A stretch of DNA of 64,000 nucleotides from Rhodobacterales bacterium (GTDB taxonomy: Bacteria > Pseudomonadota > Alphaproteobacteria > Rhodobacterales > Rhodobacteraceae). Shown piece by piece: positions 58,631 to 64,000 of the stretch. Under the pieces are notes generated by a model. That model was given only the letters and a program-made list of their open reading frames with translations. It made no database searches and was not told the DNA's origin. Position 1 is the first letter of the stretch. Each line of letters begins with the position of its first letter. Location of the stretch: contig QIGK01000093.1 of the NCBI GenBank assembly GCA_003228875.1, positions 515-64,514 of the forward strand. The letters run 5' to 3'. A program made the position numbers and the translations under genes.

Positions 58631-59863
58631 TTAGCGGGCACGAACATAACGGGTGACCGACAAGCGTACCGGCTGTGACTGGTCGCCATCCTCATACCCA
58701 TACAGCATTACTGCAATCAGATACTGCCCCGGGAATAATTCTCGTGCGATCTGGCTGTCAGTGTCGGTGCCGCTATCGTCGTTATAATCCAGCTGTTCGC
58801 CACGATCGGAAAACAGATACAATTGTGGGTCCGCATCGCCATTGCCAAAACCCTGAATCAGCACCAAGGATGGTTCCTGAATTTCAAACGAAATCCAGCG
58901 GGCAACGCCGCTGACAAGAACATCACCAGAGAACGAGGCGGCCACAGTGCCGATACTGTCAATCGGATGGGTGCCACCAATGGCTGGCGCTGCCTCAGCT
59001 GAATCGTAACGGGCGGTTAAAAATGCCTGTTCGTTAAACTCAGTAACGCTGAATTCAATGGGCAAGGACCCATCGGAAAGCGCGCTGACGGCAACGCAAT
59101 ATTCCCCGGGATTAAGCGCGGTCTGCAAGTCGATCTGCGAATTAAGCCCGTCATAATCATCGTTTTCCGCAACTAGATTTCCAAGGGAATCATACAAGCG
59201 CAGCACTGGGTCAGCATCAGGGTTTGTGGCCTTAAGTGTTATCGGGATTGGCGCATCCAGCGTGAAACGGTGATAGGAAATGTCACCGGTCCGGGAAATG
59301 GTCAGGGTATTGCCATTGGCAATTGCACCGTTAAGCGCGCCAAACGCCAAGGCCGTGGCAGGTGTTGTTGCGGTACAAGGGTCAGATGCGCCACCACCAC
59401 CGCCGGAAAAGCCTGCTGTGATGGGGTCGTGCTCCAATCGGCCGAGTTGAACGGTTGTTGGGCCATCAGTGCTGGAGAAGTTATAAACCCGCGCACAATA
59501 AGAACCGGCGTTGAGGGATGCCTCAATACGTGATGCACGCCCACCACCGCCATCATCATCTGATGCAATTTCATTGCCTGACACGTCAAGCAAAACCATC
59601 ACGGGGTCTACGCCGCTTTCATCGGTGGCTTCGATGCGGACATCGGTTGCTGAGGAAACCTCAAATTGCAGGTAATTGGAAACACCCGGTGTCAGTTGCA
59701 CCTGCATCTGGATGGGGCTGCCAATGTCGGCAACATCAGCACCAAAACCGCCGAATTGCAGCACTTCGGATGGGGAAACGCCACAAACGCTTAATTGTGC
59801 CAATGCGGCTGATGGCAATAAAAGACCGGCTGCAACCAGCATGCCGAGATTTGTTCGTTTCAT
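58631..59863 (-). CDS. Secreted protein made of three pre-peptidase C-terminal (PPC)-like domains
   Basis: 410 aa from ATG 59863, with signal peptide ...SAALAQ. The module D-P-x-(L/V)-x-L-(F/Y/L)-D..G..(L/I)..(N/D)DD...S.I...L..G.Y...V is repeated three times (DPVMVLLDVSGNEIASDDD, DPVLRLYDSLGNLVAENDD, DPQLYLFSDRGEQLDYNDD). Confidence 0.8.
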   Translation of the reverse strand: MKRTNLGMLVAAGLLLPSAALAQLSVCGVSPSEVLQFGGFGADVADIGSPIQMQVQLTPGVSNYLQFEVSSATDVRIEATDESGVDPVMVLLDVSGNEIASDDDGGGGRASRIEASLNAGSYCARVYNFSSTDGPTTVQLGRLEHDPITAGFSGGGGGASDPCTATTPATALAFGALNGAIANGNTLTISRTGDISYHRFTLDAPIPITLKATNPDADPVLRLYDSLGNLVAENDDYDGLNSQIDLQTALNPGEYCVAVSALSDGSLPIEFSVTEFNEQAFLTARYDSAEAAPAIGGTHPIDSIGTVAASFSGDVLVSGVARWISFEIQEPSLVLIQGFGNGDADPQLYLFSDRGEQLDYNDDSGTDTDSQIARELFPGQYLIAVMLYGYEDGDQSQPVRLSVTRYVRAR

Positions 59864-59954
59864 CAATATTCTCCGTCTATAGTTTTTTATCAAAAGATAA
59901 TTTTTTCAACGCGCCTAGTGTTCACCTGAATCCAGCCTAAATCAAGGAAAGAAT

Positions 59955-60419
59955 TTATAAAATTGGCAGTTGTGTGGTTGATTTTAGCTCTTCCATCGAT
60001 AAAAGCGCGGTAACATTAAAAATTTTTACCTCGGCGATCAGGGCTTGGTAAAAGGTGTCATAGGCCTTGGCATTTTTGACCCGGACTTTGAGAATGTAAT
60101 CAATATCACCCGCCAGCCGGTGGGCTTCCAGCACTTCGGGGCGCTGTTTCAGGGTTTTCAGGAATTTTTTCTGCCAATCTGCTTCGTGCTCGGATGTGCG
60201 GATCAACACAAAGAAACACGCATCAAGGCCCAGCTTTTCTGGATCAAGCAGCGCCACCTCGCGTTTGATGATACCAAGCTTCTTAAGTTTGCGAATCCGG
60301 TTCCATACGGGTGTCTTAGAAGCGCCAACTTTACGGGCGATTTCCTCCAACGGTTGGTTGGTATCGCTTTGCAAAGTCAAAAGAATTTTCCGGTCGATCG
60401 GGTCTAGCTGGTTTGTCAT
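59955..60419 (-). CDS. Lrp/AsnC-family transcriptional regulator
   Basis: 154 aa from ATG 60419. LDPIDRKILLTLQSD, an HTH, and a C-terminal RAM domain. Divergent from the sulfite reductase cluster. Confidence 0.9.
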   Translation of the reverse strand: MTNQLDPIDRKILLTLQSDTNQPLEEIARKVGASKTPVWNRIRKLKKLGIIKREVALLDPEKLGLDACFFVLIRTSEHEADWQKKFLKTLKQRPEVLEAHRLAGDIDYILKVRVKNAKAYDTFYQALIAEVKIFNVTALLSMEELKSTTQLPIL

Positions 60420-60566
60420 TTGATAAGGTCCTTCTATATTGGAAATTTTTTCTTGAAAATCGCGGTTTTCGACAGGCATGTCCTTATTTACGCCAGAATA
60501 TTCCCCTAATACTAGAATAATGTTCTAATGCGATTAGTTAGAAAAGACCAGAGCAGGAGCGATCAG

Positions 60567-60836
60567 ATGGCCAGAATTTTTACGCCGCAGATTATTACTT
60601 CCAATCATTTGATTGAAGGGGACAGTATTTATCTGACCGCAACGGGTTCGTGGTCGCGCCAAGCTGCGGATGCAGTTTTGATGGAAAATGCTGATATTGC
60701 TGCGCTGACCTTGACCGCCGCCAATTTACAAACCGGTCTGCATGTTGGCGCATATTTGGCGGATGCCACCCATTTCCGCGAAGCGTTTCGCGCTGTTGGG
60801 CCAAGCAATTATTTTCACGGCAAGCAGGCCGGATAA
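60567..60836 (+). CDS. DUF2849 domain protein
   Basis: 89 aa from ATG 60567. Located immediately upstream of the sulfite reductase gene (the stop is followed at once by the cysI ATG), the arrangement typical of alphaproteobacteria. Confidence 0.78.
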   Translation: MARIFTPQIITSNHLIEGDSIYLTATGSWSRQAADAVLMENADIAALTLTAANLQTGLHVGAYLADATHFREAFRAVGPSNYFHGKQAG

Positions 60837-60837
60837 G

Positions 60838-62508
60838 ATGTATATTTACAATGATTTTGACGAAGGTTTTGTGCGGGATCGTATCGACCAGTTTCGCGGA
60901 CAGATTGACCGTCGTATTTCCGGTGCATTAACCGAAGACGAGTTCAAACCCCTGCGTTTGATGAACGGGCTTTATCTGCAATTGCACGCTTATATGCTGC
61001 GGGTTGCGGTGCCCTACGGCACCCTGAACGGGCGGCAAATGCGGCAGTTGGCGTATATTGCGGACCGTTGGGATAAGGGGTATGGGCATTTTACCACGCG
61101 GCAAAATATACAATATAACTGGCCAAAGCTTTCCGATGTTGGTGATATTCTGGAGGCCTTGGCCGATGTTGAAATGCACGCCATCCAGACCAGCGGTAAT
61201 TGCATTCGCAACGTAACGGCGGATCATTTCGCTGGCGCGGCGTTGGACGAATATGAAGACCCACGGCCCACAGCGGAATTGCTGCGCCAATGGTCAACTG
61301 ACCATGCGGAATTCCTTTATTTGCCGCGCAAGTTCAAAATTGCGGTTTCAGGGGCAAAACATGACCGCGCTGTGGTGCGCGCCCATGACATCGGGCTTTA
61401 TCTGCGCCGCAATGATGCGGGTGAGGCGGGTTATGAGGTTGTGATTGGCGGCGGATTAGGCCGCACGCCGATGGTTGGCAAAACCGTGCAGGAATTTCTG
61501 CCCAAGGCGGATTTGCTGCCGTATCTGGAGGCGGTCTTGCAGGTCTATAACCTGAACGGGCGGCGCGATAACAAATATAAAGCGCGCATAAAAATTCTGG
61601 TGCAGGAAACCGGTCTGGACGTGCTGAAAGCGCGGATCGATACTCAGTTTGTGCTAAGCAAAGCTGCGTTTAAAGGCGTGCCGGACAGCATTCAGGCTCC
61701 GATTGACGCAGCGTTTGAACCGCCAGTTTTTAATAACACCCGCTCTACCGTGCTGGACGATGCATTGGAATCTGACCCGCTATTGCAAAGCTGGGTTGAT
61801 ACCAACTTGGCGGAACATAAAAACCCGGCCTACGCCATGGTTACGGTTTCCTTAAAAGCGGTTGGGGCAACGCCCGGCGATGCGACATCGGACCAGATGC
61901 GCGCACTGGCTGATATTGCAGAAGAATTTGGTCATGATGAGCTGCGGGTCAGCCATGAGCAAAATATTATCCTGCCGCATATTCGCCGCGCTGATATTCC
62001 CGCAGTGCATGCGCGGCTGCGCGACGCGGGTCTGGCAACCGCCAATATTGGCCTGTTGTCGGATATTATCGCTTGCCCCGGCATGGATTATTGCGCGCTG
62101 GCAACGGCGCGGTCCATTCCGGTGGCCAAAGACATTGCCTTGCGGTTTGAGGAATTGAAACTGGAGCGCGACATTGGCCCGCTCAAGATCAAGATTTCCG
62201 GCTGCATCAATGCCTGCGGGCATCATCATGTCGGTCATATCGGCATTTTGGGTTTGGAAAAACACGGGGTCGAGAGCTATCAGATTACGCTGGGCGGGGA
62301 TGGTTCTGAGAACATGGTGATCGGCAAACGCGCGGGGCCGGGGTTTTCGGATAAAGCCATTTTGCCTGCGATTGAACGGCTGTTGATGGCTTATCTGGAC
62401 ATCCGCGAGGATGCCTCGGAAACATTTTTGCAATGCTTTAAGCGCCTTGGCGAAGCGCCGTTTAAATTGGCACTTTACCCGGTGGAAGGATCACAAAATG
62501 CCGCTTGA
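60838..62508 (+). CDS. cysI: Assimilatory sulfite (nitrite/sulfite) reductase hemoprotein
   Basis: 556 aa. TTRQNIQYNW, plus siroheme/4Fe-4S ligands CPGMDYCALA and SGCINACGHHHVGHIG. Confidence 0.92.
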   Translation: MYIYNDFDEGFVRDRIDQFRGQIDRRISGALTEDEFKPLRLMNGLYLQLHAYMLRVAVPYGTLNGRQMRQLAYIADRWDKGYGHFTTRQNIQYNWPKLSDVGDILEALADVEMHAIQTSGNCIRNVTADHFAGAALDEYEDPRPTAELLRQWSTDHAEFLYLPRKFKIAVSGAKHDRAVVRAHDIGLYLRRNDAGEAGYEVVIGGGLGRTPMVGKTVQEFLPKADLLPYLEAVLQVYNLNGRRDNKYKARIKILVQETGLDVLKARIDTQFVLSKAAFKGVPDSIQAPIDAAFEPPVFNNTRSTVLDDALESDPLLQSWVDTNLAEHKNPAYAMVTVSLKAVGATPGDATSDQMRALADIAEEFGHDELRVSHEQNIILPHIRRADIPAVHARLRDAGLATANIGLLSDIIACPGMDYCALATARSIPVAKDIALRFEELKLERDIGPLKIKISGCINACGHHHVGHIGILGLEKHGVESYQITLGGDGSENMVIGKRAGPGFSDKAILPAIERLLMAYLDIREDASETFLQCFKRLGEAPFKLALYPVEGSQNAA

Positions 62509-63160
62509 TATATTGAAAGATGCTTTTGTGCGTGGGCGTTATGGCAAAGCCGCGTTGGTTTCGTCTTTTGGCGCGGAATCAGCTGTGCTGTTACATATGC
62601 TGGCGCAGGTGAACAAAGCCGCGCCGGTGCTGTTTGTTGACACCCAAATGCTGTTTCAGGAAACGCTGGATTATCAGGTAGAACTGGCAGCGCATTTTGG
62701 CTTGGAAAATGTGCAAATTATCCGTGCGGACGAATTTACCCTGCGCCGCAAGGATCCGTTTGGCCGGTTGCATCTTGAGGATAGCGACAGTTGCTGTGCT
62801 TTGCGAAAAATCGCCCCATTGGAGGCTGCGCTGGAAGGCTATGACACATGGGTGTCCGGGCGCAAACGCCACCAAACGGCGCTGCGCGCTGATCTTGCAG
62901 AGGTGGAGAATGACGACAAGCGGGTTAAGCTGAACCCGTTGGTGGATTGGGCGCGAGAAGATATTTCTGCTTATTTTAACAAACATGATTTGCCACGCCA
63001 CCCGCTGGCGGCCAAAGGGTTTAGCTCCATCGGTTGCGCGGCTTGCACATCAAAGGTTGGCTTGGGTGAAGACCCGCGCGCCGGACGTTGGCGCGGTGCA
63101 GACAAAGTTGAATGTGGCATCCATTTTGAGGGCGGAAAAATTGTCCGCCCTGCAGCATAA
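62498..63160 (+). CDS. cysH: Phosphoadenosine/adenosine 5'-phosphosulfate reductase (Fe-S cluster type)
   Basis: 220 aa from ATG 62498 (overlaps the cysI stop). SSFGAESAVLLH PP-loop, Cys pairs CC (DSCCALRK) and CAAC, and C-terminal ECGIH. Confidence 0.92.
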   Translation: MPLDILKDAFVRGRYGKAALVSSFGAESAVLLHMLAQVNKAAPVLFVDTQMLFQETLDYQVELAAHFGLENVQIIRADEFTLRRKDPFGRLHLEDSDSCCALRKIAPLEAALEGYDTWVSGRKRHQTALRADLAEVENDDKRVKLNPLVDWAREDISAYFNKHDLPRHPLAAKGFSSIGCAACTSKVGLGEDPRAGRWRGADKVECGIHFEGGKIVRPAA

Positions 63161-63172
63161 AGGAGCAATGAC

Positions 63173-63589
63173 ATGAGTGTTTTGATCAAAGACGAAGGTT
63201 TTCAAGCGGATGATCTTTTGGATGTGGAATTTGTGCCGCTGGAAGAAATTTCAGCCACTAACAGGTTTCTCGACCTGTCCAGCGATGCGGACGCTTTTGA
63301 AATTGTAAGGCTGTTTGGCCAGTTGAACACCATACGGATTGGTTTCGCCAGTTTTAGCGATGGCCGCGGGTTTAGCCTCGCGCGGCGGCTGCGGGCATTA
63401 GGGTTTACCGGCAGGTTGCGGGCTTTTGGGCATTTGATTTCCGACCAATATTCACATGCGCGACGCTGCGGGTTTGATGAGGTGGCGATTGATGAGAGTT
63501 TGAGCCAGCGCCAGCCGCAACATCAGTGGTTGGCACAATCAAGCTGGGATCAGCCGAGTTATCAGGACCGGCTGTTGCGCGCCGGGTGA
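63173..63589 (+). CDS. DUF934 domain protein (sulfite-reduction associated)
   Basis: 138 aa. FSDGRGFSLARRLR and GFDEV segments typical of DUF934. Conserved position after cysH. Confidence 0.85.
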   Translation: MSVLIKDEGFQADDLLDVEFVPLEEISATNRFLDLSSDADAFEIVRLFGQLNTIRIGFASFSDGRGFSLARRLRALGFTGRLRAFGHLISDQYSHARRCGFDEVAIDESLSQRQPQHQWLAQSSWDQPSYQDRLLRAG

Positions 63590-63696
63590 AAGTAATACTC
63601 CCGCAGTGCGGCGGCTTTGCCACCTCCCTTTGGGCGTGGCCTCGGCTTCGCCTCGGCAGGCCAGCCTGCGGCGCGAGTATTTATGAAAAGAAGAAG

Positions 63697-64000
63697 TTAA
63701 GCGATTTTTAATTCTTTGGCTTCGGCTTTGGTGAGCTGTTCGCCGTTTTTGCGGTTTTGCAGGACTTCGCGGGCTTTGGCATACATATCGTCTTGCCAGA
63801 AAATCAGGCAGCCATTGCAGCCTTTGCCGCAGCAGCCATCCACGCCAACGCGGTTGGTTTTGTGTTTGCGCCCTGCGGCTTTTTCATCGACTGCGTTTGC
63901 CAGTGCGTCGCGGCGTTTGGTATAAGTTTCGTCATTTTGCTTGCCGCTGGTTTCCAGCCCTTGCACCAATTTGTCAAATTTCAGGCGATTCCATTGTTCT
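63697..64000 (-). CDS. Small Cys-motif protein (oxidoreductase-like CCxxGCxxC domain); 5' end may lie outside the window
   Basis: The frame is open to the window end. The listed 90-aa ORF begins at a TTG. Motif GCCGKGCNGCLIFWQDDMY resembles the Oxidored-like domain signature. Confidence 0.55.
   Translation of the reverse strand, partial: EQWNRLKFDKLVQGLETSGKQNDETYTKRRDALANAVDEKAAGRKHKTNRVGVDGCCGKGCNGCLIFWQDDMYAKAREVLQNRKNGEQLTKAEAKELKIA

Overview
This looks like a core chromosomal segment of an alphaproteobacterium. That origin is inferred from gene content and synteny (rpsA-ihfB-lapA-trpF-trpB, DUF2849-cysI-cysH-DUF934, dctBD-dctPQM, grxC-comF-hemH), and GC looks roughly balanced by eye.

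I support about 63 protein-coding genes, two abutting aberrant tRNA-like genes, and several intrinsic terminators and palindromic operator candidates. I saw no rRNA, CRISPR array, transposase, integrase or prophage genes.

Main blocks:
- 1-3148: rpsA (3' end), ihfB, a LapA-like gene, trpF and trpB.
- 3149-5842: an odd stretch with tRNA-like DNA, a 300-nt structured non-coding region, a soluble SPFH protein, a DUF2158 protein with an RGG/GY tail, and an AT-rich tract.
- 5843-11217: pth, rplY, lldD-like, GST, queG and an SDR.
- 11290-16290: YjbH/YjbF envelope genes, two L,D-transpeptidases and a CAP-domain lipoprotein.
- 16377-22810: dctMQP with dctD and dctB.
- 22880-26740: an orphan 827-aa double glycosyltransferase and a Tet-like MFS transporter.
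- 26785-36364: a tightly overlapped nine-gene purine operon (uraH-xdhABC, nucleoside-type ABC transporter, BMP binding protein).
- 36644-57561: dnaE, yaaA, MFS, cspA, glycerate kinase, folC, accD, CPBP protease, fadH, pip, ubiG, MarR, nitrilase-family gene, grxC, comF and hemH.
- 57571-59863: a small group of uncharacterised genes (a 97-aa membrane protein, a 195-aa Arg-rich orphan with atypical codons, and a secreted protein with three PPC domains).
- 59955-64000: an Lrp regulator and the sulfate assimilation cluster.

No recognisable novel multi-gene system (defence or otherwise) could be demonstrated from sequence alone. The most unusual places are:
- the tandem aberrant tRNA-like genes at the point where trpA is expected;
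- the trpFB / accD-folC synteny break;
- the DctD-like activator that has lost the GAFTGA sigma-54 contact loop;
- the bacterial RGG-tailed DUF2158 protein;
- the orphan genes at 57.5-59.9 kb.
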